Part shown: positions 8,774-18,622 of the stretch, piece after piece
How positions within the stretch are numbered: the stretch's first letter is position 1
Layout of the letters: the number at the start of each line of letters is the position of its first letter
DNA from: an uncultured Thermus sp.
Lineage (GTDB): Bacteria > Deinococcota > Deinococci > Deinococcales > Thermaceae
DNA length: 28,966 nt
Assembly (NCBI GenBank): GCA_947085095.1
Contig: CAMTVD010000032.1
Location: 1 to 28,966, forward strand
Direction: 5' to 3'
Program-made: the position numbers and the translations under genes
The notes under the pieces: model-generated
Seen by the model: only the letters and a program-made list of their open reading frames with translations
The model's database searches: none
What the model was told of the DNA's origin: nothing

Positions 8774-8798
8774 CGAAACCCCCCTGGGGACGAAGACT
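8770..8798 (+). promoter_or_regulatory. Sigma-A promoter of the aminopeptidase gene (TTGACG-17-AAGACT), leaderless
   Basis: TTGACG at 8770-8775, 17-nt spacer, AAGACT at 8793-8798, GTG at 8806. Confidence 0.55.
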
Positions 8799-8805
8799 TA
8801 GGGGC

Positions 8806-10032
8806 GTGGATGCCTTAGAGAAGAACCTGGAGAAGCTGGCGGAGCTGGCCGTCAGGGTGGGGCTCAATCTGGAGGAGGGGCAGGAGGTCATCGCCACCGC
8901 CCCCATAGAGGCGGTGGACTTCGTGCGCCTCTTGGCGGAAAAGGCCTACGCCCAGGGGGCGAGCCTCTTCACCGTCCTCTACGGCGACAACGTCCTTTCC
9001 CGGAAGCGCCTCTCCCTGGCCCCTGAGGCGGGACTGGACCGGGCCCCCGCCTGGCTCTACGAGGGCATGGCCAAGGCCTTCCACGAGGGAGCGGCCCGCC
9101 TGGCGGTGAACGGCAACGACCCCAAGGCCTTAGAGGGCCTTCCCCCTGAGCGCATTGGTCGGGCGCAACAAGCCCAAAGCCGGGCCTACAAGCCCGCTCT
9201 TTCCGCCATCTCCCAGTTCGTCACCAACTGGACCATCGTCCCCTTCGCCCACCCAGGCTGGGCCAAGGCGGTCTTCCCCGGACTCCCGGAAGAGGAGGCG
9301 GTGGCGAGGCTCTGGCGGGCCATCTTCCAGGCCACCCGGGTGGACCAGGAGGACCCCGTGGCCGCCTGGGAGGCCCACAACCGCGCCCTGCACGAGAAGG
9401 TGGCCTTCCTGAACGAAAGGCGCTTTGACGCCCTCCACTTCCAGGGGCCCGGCACGGACCTCACCGTGGGCCTGGCCGAGGGACACCTGTGGCAGGGCGG
9501 GGCCACCCCCACCAAGAAGGGGCGGATTTGCAACCCCAACCTGCCCACGGAGGAGGTCTTCACCGCCCCCCACCGGGAGCGGGTGGAGGGAGTGGTGCGC
9601 TCAAGCCGCCCCCTGGCCCTTTCCGGCCAGCTGGTGGAGGGCATCTGGGCCCGTTTTGAGAAGGGCGTGGCCGTGGAGGTGGGGGCGGAAAAGGGCGAGG
9701 AGGTCCTCAAGAAGCTCCTGGAAACCGATGAGGGCGCGAGGCGCCTGGGGGAGGTGGCCCTGGTGCCCGCGGACAACCGCATCGCCAAGACTGGCCTCGT
9801 CTTCTTTGACACCCTCTTTGACGAGAACGCCGCCAGCCACATCGCCTTCGGCCAGGCCTACCAAGAGAACCTCGAGGGCCGCCCAAGCGGGGAGGAGTTC
9901 CAGAGGCGTGGGGGGAACGAGAGCATGGTCCACGTGGACTGGATGATCGGCTCCGAAGAGGTGGACGTGGACGGCCTCTACGAGGACGGAACCCGGGTGC
10001 CCCTCATGCGGCGGGGGCTTTGGGTGATCTAA
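8806..10032 (+). CDS. ampT: Aminopeptidase T (peptidase M29, thermophilic metalloprotease)
   Basis: 408 aa from GTG 8806 (MDALEKNLEKLAELAVRVGLN). Motifs NLPTEEVFTAP, LGEVAL, DENAASHIAFGQAY and NESMVHVDWM. Confidence 0.93.
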   Translation: MDALEKNLEKLAELAVRVGLNLEEGQEVIATAPIEAVDFVRLLAEKAYAQGASLFTVLYGDNVLSRKRLSLAPEAGLDRAPAWLYEGMAKAFHEGAARLAVNGNDPKALEGLPPERIGRAQQAQSRAYKPALSAISQFVTNWTIVPFAHPGWAKAVFPGLPEEEAVARLWRAIFQATRVDQEDPVAAWEAHNRALHEKVAFLNERRFDALHFQGPGTDLTVGLAEGHLWQGGATPTKKGRICNPNLPTEEVFTAPHRERVEGVVRSSRPLALSGQLVEGIWARFEKGVAVEVGAEKGEEVLKKLLETDEGARRLGEVALVPADNRIAKTGLVFFDTLFDENAASHIAFGQAYQENLEGRPSGEEFQRRGGNESMVHVDWMIGSEEVDVDGLYEDGTRVPLMRRGLWVI

Positions 10033-10048
10033 AGGCCCGAGCGCCCAC

Positions 10049-10078
10049 GGGGGCGGCCGCAAGGGGCCGCCCCCTTTT
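10049..10078 (+). terminator. Rho-independent terminator of ampT
   Basis: GGGGGCGGCC-gcaagg-GGCCGCCCCC followed by TTTT. Confidence 0.8.
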
Positions 10079-10107
10079 CGTTTGGGGAGAGGGCGGGAGA
10101 AGCGCTT

Positions 10108-10125
10108 TTGTGCTAATATTCACGA
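10108..10125. promoter_or_regulatory. Rex-operator-like palindrome TTGTGCTAATATTCACGA
   Basis: Matches 11 of 14 defined positions of TTGTGAA-N4-TTCACAA and is an AT-rich island in roughly 68% GC DNA. It lies between convergent genes. Confidence 0.4.
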
Positions 10126-10151
10126 TTCTTCCCGCTCGTGGTTTATCTCTC

Positions 10152-11408
<1,257 letters not shown>

Positions 11409-12938
11409 TTAGGCCGACCCCCGCTCCCAAACCCTCTCCGCCAACCGTTCCCCCGCCTCCAGCAGGGGGTGGAAGATGACATCCACCCCTGCCTCCCGAA
11501 GGAGCTCATCCTCTTCCACGGCGTAGCTTACCGCCCCCACCACCCCCTGGTAGCCCTTTTGCCGGAGGGCAAGGGTGGCCCGAAGGCGGGCCTCGAGGTC
11601 CGGCAAGGCCAGAATCACCCCCTTAATCCCCGAGAGGTCCAAGCTCTCCCAAAGGGCCGGGTCCTCCGCATCCCCATACAGGACCCGCCAACCCTTGGCC
11701 GCATGGTACGCCACCTTGGAGGGGTCGCTGTCCAGGCCCAACACCGCCTCCCCCCTTTCCGTGAGAAAGCGGTACGCCGCAGCCCCCGTGCGCCCCATGC
11801 CCACCACCAACCACCTGGCCCCTAGCGCCCCGTGGGGCTCCTCATCGGGGTGAAAGCCTGGGCGCTCCAGGCGCAGGAGGTGGGGCTTCCAGCGGTCGTA
11901 AAGCCTATGGGCCCGTTGCAGTACGGGCGCCCCCAGGAGGAAGGATCCCCCCACAGCCAAAGCCACCGCCCCAACCCCCTGAGGGGAGAGGTAACCCATG
12001 GAGAGGAGGACCCCAGCGGCCACCAAGGCGAACTCGGAATAGGTGGCTAAGCTCACCGCCACCAAAAATGCGGTCCGGGCCCGAAAGCCCTGGTGGACAA
12101 GGGAAAAAAAGAGAAATAGCGGCTTCAGCGCCACGGCCAGCAACAGGGCCAGGCCCGCATAGACCCCGTCCGGCCCCACCGCCATCCCCGCCTTCACAAA
12201 GAAGGCCAGCAAGAAAAACTCCCTGAGGGCCCAAAGCCGCTCCGCCACCTCCCCCATCCCGGGGTGCCGGGAAAGGCCGAGGCCAACGAAAAAGGCTCCC
12301 AGGGCCTCCGGGGCCCCGAGGAAGCGGGCGATCTCCACCCCCGACAAGGCTAGGGTCACCCCCAGGAGTAGCTTTAGCTCCGCTCCCCGGGCCAAGGCGA
12401 AAAGGCGCACCAGCAGGGGCCGCAAGAGGGGCAGGAGGAGGACCAAAAACCCCGTAGGCTCCACACCCTGGAACCCCAGCAGGATAAGGAGGGCCAAGGA
12501 GGCCACGTCCAAAAAGACGGAAATCCCCAGGGCTATCTGACCGTGCAGGGCGGAAAGCTCTCCCTTTTCCTGGAGGAGGCGGGCCAGCAGGACGGTGCTG
12601 GGGTTAATGAAGGCCACAGCCAAGACCAGGAGGGCCAAGGGGGCCTGGGCCAACCCCAGGAAGTAAAGCAAAAGGGCAAACACCGGGAGAAGGAGGAGCT
12701 GAAAAGCCCCGGTTCCCAGGACTTCCCGCCGCAAAAGGCGCTCCCAGCGGAGGCCCAGGCCCACGGTGAAAAGGAGAAAATAGACCCCCAGATCTGCGAA
12801 GGAGTCCAACAGGTTATCTCCGGGGAACCCCCGAAGCCCCAGGAGAATCCCCACCCCCAGGTAGCCCAGGAAGGCGGGCAAGCCCAAGCGGACCGCCAAG
12901 ACCCCAGCAAAATAGGCCAAGAGGAAAACCCCTGCCAT
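11409..12938 (-). CDS. Cation:proton antiporter (CPA2/Kef-type) with C-terminal TrkA-N (KTN) domain
   Basis: About 12 hydrophobic segments followed by the Rossmann motif VVGMGRTG...LDSDP...YGDAED. AAGGAGG RBS before the ATG at 12938. Confidence 0.85.
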   Translation of the reverse strand: MAGVFLLAYFAGVLAVRLGLPAFLGYLGVGILLGLRGFPGDNLLDSFADLGVYFLLFTVGLGLRWERLLRREVLGTGAFQLLLLPVFALLLYFLGLAQAPLALLVLAVAFINPSTVLLARLLQEKGELSALHGQIALGISVFLDVASLALLILLGFQGVEPTGFLVLLLPLLRPLLVRLFALARGAELKLLLGVTLALSGVEIARFLGAPEALGAFFVGLGLSRHPGMGEVAERLWALREFFLLAFFVKAGMAVGPDGVYAGLALLLAVALKPLFLFFSLVHQGFRARTAFLVAVSLATYSEFALVAAGVLLSMGYLSPQGVGAVALAVGGSFLLGAPVLQRAHRLYDRWKPHLLRLERPGFHPDEEPHGALGARWLVVGMGRTGAAAYRFLTERGEAVLGLDSDPSKVAYHAAKGWRVLYGDAEDPALWESLDLSGIKGVILALPDLEARLRATLALRQKGYQGVVGAVSYAVEEDELLREAGVDVIFHPLLEAGERLAERVWERGSA

Positions 12939-13092
12939 CAGCACCTCCTTGTCAAGCTTTTCGGAGAAAAGGGAGGCGCACACCCAGGCGCCTCACCCCC
13001 TTCTACCCCAGCCTACCAGGTTACCCCATTGCCAAGCCCTCCGCCCGGAACCGCCCCGGTCCCGGTAGGCCAGCCTGCGCCCCTAGCGGCGC

Positions 13093-13506
13093 TTAGCGCA
13101 CCAAAAGGACCGGACAGGGGGCCTCGGCCACCACCTTCTGGCTCTGGCTCCCCAAAAAGAGGCTCCCCACCGCCCCCAGGCCCCGGGTACCCATGACGAT
13201 GAGGTCCGCCTTCTCCCCGATGGCCGCCTGGAGGATGGCCTCCGCCGCCCGCCCCTCCAGGAGGAGGGCGTCCTCCTGGGCCACCCCCGTGAGGGCCACC
13301 GCCTCGGCCAACACCTTCTCCGCCCGCTCCAGGCGCCGCTTTAGCGCCTCGGCGAAGAAGGGCTCCCCCAGGTAGTCGGGCACGGGCTCGTAGGCGTGGA
13401 CTACCAGAAGCCTCGCCCCGTGGGCCTGGGCCTCGGCCTTGGCCACCTCCGCCGCCCGCTTGGCGTGGTCCGAGCCGTCATAGGCCAGGAGGATGGTCTT
13501 GAACAT
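13093..13506 (-). CDS. Universal stress protein (UspA family)
   Basis: ILLAYDGS and DLIVMGTRGLG...LGSQSQKVV...PCPVLLVR motifs; TAAAAT -10 6 nt upstream (leaderless). Confidence 0.95.
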   Translation of the reverse strand: MFKTILLAYDGSDHAKRAAEVAKAEAQAHGARLLVVHAYEPVPDYLGEPFFAEALKRRLERAEKVLAEAVALTGVAQEDALLLEGRAAEAILQAAIGEKADLIVMGTRGLGAVGSLFLGSQSQKVVAEAPCPVLLVR

Positions 13507-13568
13507 GAGGCCATTTTACCCAAAACAGCGAAAAGGCTCGCTACCGCCTCGGTTGGACATATATACCC

Positions 13569-13597
13569 TTGACAAGATGAAGCTCATAAAGCACCAT
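13569..13597 (+). promoter_or_regulatory. Promoter of the ABC operon, TTGACA-17-CACCAT, with spacer palindrome ATGA-agc-TCAT
   Basis: TTGACA at 13569-13574, CACCAT at 13592-13597, ATG at 13604. Confidence 0.5.
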
Positions 13598-13603
13598 GAC
13601 GCT

Positions 13604-14593
13604 ATGGAATGCTGCCTGGATCGGCGCAGGGTGGTGCAGGGGCTTACGGGACTGGCCCTGGGAGGGTTAGGATTGGCACAACGGGGAAACAGACGCCTGC
13701 GGCTAGCTTTTTGCTCCCAGCTCCTGTGCATTATCCCCTATGAAGTGGCCCTGAGGCGGGGCTACTTTGCCGAAGAGGGCCTCGAGGTGGAGCTGGTCTA
13801 CGCCCGGGGAGGAAGCCAGGCCCTGCAGTTTTTGGTGGGGCGGGCGGTGGACTACGCCGCCACCAGCCTGGACGCGGCCCTCCAGGCCTACCAGCAAGGG
13901 GCCCCCATCCTCCGCTTCTGTTCCACAGGCCGCCTCCCCCTCTTCGCCCTGGCCGCCGGCCCCAAAAGCGCCATCAAGGGCCTCAAGGACCTGGAGGGGA
14001 AGACCGTGGGGGTTTCGGCCCTGGGCAACGCCGACCACGTCCTTTTGGTCTACCTCCTGAAAAAGGCCGGGGTGGATCCAAAGCGGGTGCAGTACGCCAC
14101 CTTAGGCCCCAACCTCTACGAGGCCCTCAAAGCTGGGCACGTGGAAGCGGGAATGGTCCAGGAGCCCGCCCTCACCCTCCTCAAGGAGGCCGGGGGGCGG
14201 GAGCTGGTGAACCTCATGGACCTGAAGCAGGCCCGGGCCTACCTGGGCGGCCCCTACGAGTTCATGGGGGTGGCGGTGCGGCGGGAGGAGCGCCAGGGAA
14301 GGCTTGAGGAGATGCGGGCCATGGCCAGGGCCCTGGAGAAGGCCCTCCGCTTCATCCACGCCGCCAACGCCCGCCTCATCGCTGACACCCTGCCCAAGGC
14401 CCTGATTGCGGGCGGGGACGAGGAAAGGCTCCGGGGGGTGATTGAGCGCTACCGCAAGGACCTCTACCCCACGGGGGTGCGGATTGACCTGGAGGCCGCC
14501 CGCCGGGTAGCGGAAAGCCAGGTGGAGGCGGGCCTCCTCCCCCCCTCCTTCCGGGTGGAGGGGCTTTTGGACCTGGAGGTGCTGAGTGCTTGA
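13604..14593 (+). CDS. ABC transporter substrate-binding protein, NitT/TauT/SsuA family, Tat-like signal
   Basis: MECCLDRRRVVQGLTGLALGGLGLA|Q signal; GYFAEEGLEVELV, DLEGKTVGVS and LKKAGVDP family motifs. Confidence 0.85.
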   Translation: MECCLDRRRVVQGLTGLALGGLGLAQRGNRRLRLAFCSQLLCIIPYEVALRRGYFAEEGLEVELVYARGGSQALQFLVGRAVDYAATSLDAALQAYQQGAPILRFCSTGRLPLFALAAGPKSAIKGLKDLEGKTVGVSALGNADHVLLVYLLKKAGVDPKRVQYATLGPNLYEALKAGHVEAGMVQEPALTLLKEAGGRELVNLMDLKQARAYLGGPYEFMGVAVRREERQGRLEEMRAMARALEKALRFIHAANARLIADTLPKALIAGGDEERLRGVIERYRKDLYPTGVRIDLEAARRVAESQVEAGLLPPSFRVEGLLDLEVLSA

Positions 14594-15332
14594 GGTCCGG
14601 AACCTGGCCTTAGGCTACGGGAAGGTCCCCGTCCTGGCAGGGGTGAGCCTCCACGTGGCCGCGGGGGAGTTCGTGAGCCTGGTGGGGCCTTCGGGCAGCG
14701 GCAAGAGCACCCTCCTCCGGGCCATCGCCGGTCTCCTGAAGCCCCTTTCCGGGGAGATCCGGCGGGGGTTTCCTAAGGAGGCCCTGGGCTTTCTCTTCCA
14801 GGAGGATGCCCTCCTCCCCTGGCGCACCGCCCGGCAAAACGCCGCCCTGGGCCTGAGGATCCGCGGGTGGCCCCGGGAGAAGGCCCTGGGGGAGGCCGAG
14901 GCCTGGCTTTCCCGCCTGGGGCTTCAGGGGCTTGGGGACCGCTTTCCCCACGAGCTCTCCGGGGGGCAAAGGAAGCGGGTGGCCCTGGCCCAGGTCCTGG
15001 CCCTAAGGCCCCGCCTCCTCCTCATGGACGAGCCCTTTTCCAGCCTGGACGCCATCCTGCGCATGGAGATCACCCGCGACCTCCTCCGGCTGGTGGAGGG
15101 GGAGGGGATCTCCGTCCTCCTGGTGACCCACGACCTCGAGGAGGCCCTAGCCCTCTCCGACCGGGTTTACCTCCTCTCCCAGGGGCCCAGGGCCCGCATC
15201 GCCAAGGAGTACCCCGTGCCCTTCCCCAGGCCCCGGGACCCGGTGGGGGTGCGGAGCGACCCCCGCTTCGGCACCCTTCTTAAGAGGCTGTGGCAGGATC
15301 TGGAGGAAGTGGCCCTATGCGCCGCGTCCTAG
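14586..15332 (+). CDS. ABC transporter ATP-binding protein, NitT/TauT family
   Basis: Walker A GPSGSGKST, FQEDALLPW, signature LSGGQ, Walker B LLLMDEPF and the VTHD switch. Confidence 0.93.
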   Translation: MLEVRNLALGYGKVPVLAGVSLHVAAGEFVSLVGPSGSGKSTLLRAIAGLLKPLSGEIRRGFPKEALGFLFQEDALLPWRTARQNAALGLRIRGWPREKALGEAEAWLSRLGLQGLGDRFPHELSGGQRKRVALAQVLALRPRLLLMDEPFSSLDAILRMEITRDLLRLVEGEGISVLLVTHDLEEALALSDRVYLLSQGPRARIAKEYPVPFPRPRDPVGVRSDPRFGTLLKRLWQDLEEVALCAAS

Positions 15333-16066
15333 GGGTTCTCAGTCTTCTCCTCCTCTGGGAAGGGCTTTCCGCCTCGGGGCTGGTAAACCCCCTCTACGCC
15401 CCACCCCCCCACGAGGTCCTCCTCACCCTTTGGGGTTTCCTCGCCAGCGGCGAGGCCTGGCCCCACCTCCAGGCCACCTTCAGCGCCGCCCTCCTGGGGC
15501 TTTTCTGGGGGATCCTCCTTGGGGGGGCCTTGGGCCTTCTCGCCGCCTTCAGTTCCCTCGTCGCCGACCTCCTGGAGCCCGTCATGCTCCTCCTCAACGC
15601 CATCCCCCGGGTGATCCTCGCCCCCCTCTTCGTGATCTGGCTCGGCATCGGCCTGGCCTCCAAGGTGGCCCTGAGCCTGGTCCTGGTGGCCGTGCTCATC
15701 TTCTTCGCCGTCTACGGGGGGGTGCGCAACGTGGACCCGAGGCTCGTGGAAAGGGTCCGGACCCTGGGGGGCGGAAGCCTCTGGCTCCTGAGGGAGGTCT
15801 ACCTCCCCTCCCTCGCCGCCTGGGTCCTCTCCTCCCTGAAGGTGGCCGTGGGCTTCGCCTTCACCGGAGCGGTGGTGGGGGAGTTCGTGGCGGCCAGCCG
15901 GGGCTTAGGCTACCTCCTCTCCTTCGCCCAGAGCACCTATAACGCCAAGCTCTCCCTGGCCCTCATCGCCCTGATCGTCCTCTTCGTCCTCTTCCTCTTC
16001 TTCCTCTTTGAGCGCCTGGAGCGCCACCTCCTCCGCTGGCGGCCGCAAGTGGGCGGGCAGGGGTAG
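15317..16066 (+). CDS. ABC transporter permease, NitT/TauT family
   Basis: About 6 TM segments, IPRVILAPLFVIWLGIG, an EAA-like loop and VVGEFVAASRGLG. Confidence 0.9.
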   Translation: MRRVLGVLSLLLLWEGLSASGLVNPLYAPPPHEVLLTLWGFLASGEAWPHLQATFSAALLGLFWGILLGGALGLLAAFSSLVADLLEPVMLLLNAIPRVILAPLFVIWLGIGLASKVALSLVLVAVLIFFAVYGGVRNVDPRLVERVRTLGGGSLWLLREVYLPSLAAWVLSSLKVAVGFAFTGAVVGEFVAASRGLGYLLSFAQSTYNAKLSLALIALIVLFVLFLFFLFERLERHLLRWRPQVGGQG

Positions 16067-16068
16067 GG

Positions 16069-17094
16069 CTAGGCCTCGGCCCGCTTCTCCGAGGGGATCT
16101 CCACCTTCCGCCCACAGCGGCAGATCTCCCCCTCCATGCGGAAAATCGTTCCGTCCGCCCGGGGGTAGAGCCAAAGGGCCCCGCAGTCGGGGCAGCGGAC
16201 CTCGGCCACCAGGGAGCGGATCTCCTCCGGGGAGAAGCGGTAGACCTCCCCGCACCAGTGGCAGACCACCTCCGCCCCCCCGTCCTTCACGATCATGTCC
16301 TCCCGCTCCTCGGGGGTGAAGAAGACCAAAGCCTCCAGGGCCTTTTCCCGGCTGCAGCGGCACTGGAACCGGGCGGGGATCTCGTTCAGGGCGTAGCCCA
16401 GGGCCCTGAGGTCGGTGGGCGTGTAGCCGAGCCCCTGGAAGATGGCCTCCAGGACCCCCTCCAGGCCCTTCTCCCTGAGCAAGGGGGTGATGCCGGGAAG
16501 GCCCGCCAGGTTGGCCTCGAGGCGGCCCACCACCTCCTCGGAGGCCCCGGGCATGACCTGGACGGCCACGCCCCCCGCCACCTCCACCTCCCCCTCCCCC
16601 TTGACCCGCACCCCGAGGAGAAGGGCTGAAGGGATCTGCTCCGACTGCCAGAGGTAGTGGGCCAGGTCCTCGGCAATCTCCCCGGAGACCAGGGGGACGG
16701 TGCTGGTGTAGATCTCCCCGTTAGGAAGACTCCGGTCCACCCGCAAGACCCCAGCCCCCACAAGCTCCCCCACGTTCAGCTTGCCGTCCTCCCGCAAGGG
16801 CGCCTCCGCCTTCGGGTTCTTCACGTAGCCCCTCACGTGGCCCAAGGCGTCCGCCTCCGCCACCAGGCCCCCCAGGGGCCCCGTGCCCTCTATGCGCAGG
16901 GTGAGGCGCTCCCTGGGGGTCTTGAGGAGGAGCTGGGCCAGGAGGAGGGCCCCGGTCATGGCCCGGCCAAGGGCGGCGGTGGCCGTGGGGGAAAGGCCGT
17001 GGCGAAGCCGGGCCTCCTCCACCACGTCCCCCGTTTCCGCCGCCACCACCCTGAGGTGCCCCTCCCCGGCCAGACCCCTGAGAATCCGTCCCAT
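16069..17094 (-). CDS. hslO: Hsp33 redox-regulated chaperone with an extra C-terminal Cys4 extension
   Basis: HGLSPTATAALGR, SGEIAEDLAHYLWQSEQIPS and the zinc centre CRCS...CHWC. ATG at 17094. Confidence 0.92.
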   Translation of the reverse strand: MGRILRGLAGEGHLRVVAAETGDVVEEARLRHGLSPTATAALGRAMTGALLLAQLLLKTPRERLTLRIEGTGPLGGLVAEADALGHVRGYVKNPKAEAPLREDGKLNVGELVGAGVLRVDRSLPNGEIYTSTVPLVSGEIAEDLAHYLWQSEQIPSALLLGVRVKGEGEVEVAGGVAVQVMPGASEEVVGRLEANLAGLPGITPLLREKGLEGVLEAIFQGLGYTPTDLRALGYALNEIPARFQCRCSREKALEALVFFTPEEREDMIVKDGGAEVVCHWCGEVYRFSPEEIRSLVAEVRCPDCGALWLYPRADGTIFRMEGEICRCGRKVEIPSEKRAEA

Positions 17095-17130
17095 ACCCCG
17101 CCATTTTGCCACAACCCCTATAATCGCCCT

Positions 17131-18576
17131 ATGGGCCTCGTCCTCTACGACACGATGCAAAGGAAGAAGGTCCCCTTTGAGCCCGCCACCCCGGGGCACG
17201 TGGGCATCTACGTCTGCGGCCCCACGGTCTACGCCGACCCCCACCTGGGCCACGCCCGGGGCCCCATCGTCTACGATGTCTTAAGGCGCTACTTCCTGCA
17301 AAAGGGCTACAAGGTCCGCTTCGTCTCCAACATCACCGACGTGGGCCACCTCACCGACGACGCCGACCAGGGGGAGGACAAGGTCGCCAAGCGGGCCAAG
17401 CTGGAAAGGCTTGAGCCCATGGAGGTGGCGGAGAAGTACACCTGGAGTTTCTTTGACGCCATGGGGGCCCTGAACGTCCTCCGCCCCTCCATCGCCCCCA
17501 GGGCGAGCGGCCACATCCCCGAGATGTGGGAGCTCACGCAAAAGCTCCTGGAGCGGGGCGTGGCCTACGTGCGGGGGGGGAGCGTCTACTTCCGGGTAAG
17601 GGCCTTCCCCCTGTACGGGAAGCTCTCCGGGAAGAGGCTGGAGGAGCTTCAGGCCGGGGCCCGGGTGGAGGTCCGGGAGGAGAAGGAGGACCCCCTGGAC
17701 TTCGCCCTCTGGAAGCGGGCCGAGCCCGGCCACCTCATGCGCTGGAAGAGCCCCTGGGGGGAAGGCTACCCCGGCTGGCACATTGAGTGCACCGCCATGA
17801 GCCTCAAGTACCTGGGGGAGGGGTTTGACCTGCACGCCGGGGGGATTGACCTCCAGTTCCCCCACCACGAGTGCGAGATCGCCCAGGCGGAGGCGGCAGG
17901 GTACCGCTTCGCCCGTTACTGGATGCACCACAACCACGTCCTCCTGGAGGGGGAGAAGATGGCCAAGAGCACGGGGAACCTGGTCCTCCTCCACGACCTC
18001 CTAAAGGCCCACGAGCCCATGGCCCTGCGCTTTTACCTCCTGCAGACCCACTACCGGAGCCCCATGGACTTCACCCTTCAGGGCCTCGAGGCCGCCAAAA
18101 GGGGGTACCTGCGCCTCCTCAACGCCTACCGGGAGGTGCGGGCCAGGAAGGAGGCAGCCCCCCCCGGCACGACCCCGGAGCTGGAGCGGGCCCTGGACGC
18201 CCTGGAGAAAGGGGTCCTGGAGGCCCTGGAGGACGACCTCGCCACCCCGGAGGCCCTGGCCCAGTTCTTCACCTTCCTCCCCGAGCTCCACCGCCTCCTC
18301 CCCGAGGCCAGGCGGGAAAGCCTGGAGCGGGCAGAAAGCGCCTTCCACACCCTGGGGGAAGGGCTTCTTGGCCTTTTCCCCGAAAGGGTTTTGGAGGAAA
18401 AGCTCTCAGGCCCCCTCCTCTCGGGCCTCATCGGGCTTCTCCTGGAGCTCAGGGAAGAGGCCCGGCGGGCCAAGGACTACGCCAAAAGCGACCGGATTCG
18501 GGAAAGGCTGAAGGCCCTTGGGGTCATCGTGGAGGACAGCAAAGAGGGCCCCAAGTGGCGGATAGAGGCCCTGTAA
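17131..18576 (+). CDS. cysS: Cysteine--tRNA ligase
   Basis: [12 protein letters not shown] (HIGH), GWHIEC, FPHHECE and KMAKS. TATAAT at 17119-17124 lies 6 nt before ATG 17131. Confidence 0.96.
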   Translation: MGLVLYDTMQRKKVPFEPATPGHVGIYVCGPTVYADPHLGHARGPIVYDVLRRYFLQKGYKVRFVSNITDVGHLTDDADQGEDKVAKRAKLERLEPMEVAEKYTWSFFDAMGALNVLRPSIAPRASGHIPEMWELTQKLLERGVAYVRGGSVYFRVRAFPLYGKLSGKRLEELQAGARVEVREEKEDPLDFALWKRAEPGHLMRWKSPWGEGYPGWHIECTAMSLKYLGEGFDLHAGGIDLQFPHHECEIAQAEAAGYRFARYWMHHNHVLLEGEKMAKSTGNLVLLHDLLKAHEPMALRFYLLQTHYRSPMDFTLQGLEAAKRGYLRLLNAYREVRARKEAAPPGTTPELERALDALEKGVLEALEDDLATPEALAQFFTFLPELHRLLPEARRESLERAESAFHTLGEGLLGLFPERVLEEKLSGPLLSGLIGLLLELREEARRAKDYAKSDRIRERLKALGVIVEDSKEGPKWRIEAL

Positions 18577-18581
18577 GAACG

Positions 18582-18609
18582 CCCCGCCGTGGCTGGCGCC
18601 ACGGCGGGG
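18582..18609. repeat. Perfect 12-bp-stem hairpin (Thermus REP-like palindrome, probable bidirectional terminator) between convergent cysS and fadE
   Basis: CCCCGCCGTGGC-tggc-GCCACGGCGGGG with no U-tract. Confidence 0.65.
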
Positions 18610-18622
18610 AGCCCAGAAGCCC

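Noticed and set aside
8608..8805. Pro-rich 66-aa N-terminal extension of the aminopeptidase in the ORF track
   Set aside because: It is an off-frame reading of the 46-aa microprotein and the promoter. The recognisable AmpT N-terminus begins at GTG 8806.
13493..13603. Upstream start for the ABC binding protein (13493)
   Set aside because: It overlaps the usp start and the promoter region. The signal-like sequence begins at ATG 13604.
13604..16066. Assigning ssuABC, tauABC or nrtABC symbols
   Set aside because: The family is clear but the substrate cannot be determined from the sequence, and no cognate catabolic genes are nearby.
16657..17253. Long overlapping N-terminal extensions of cysS (from 16657) and hslO (from 17253)
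   Set aside because: Each is the antisense shadow of the other gene. True starts are 17131 and 17094, each with its own -10-like box.
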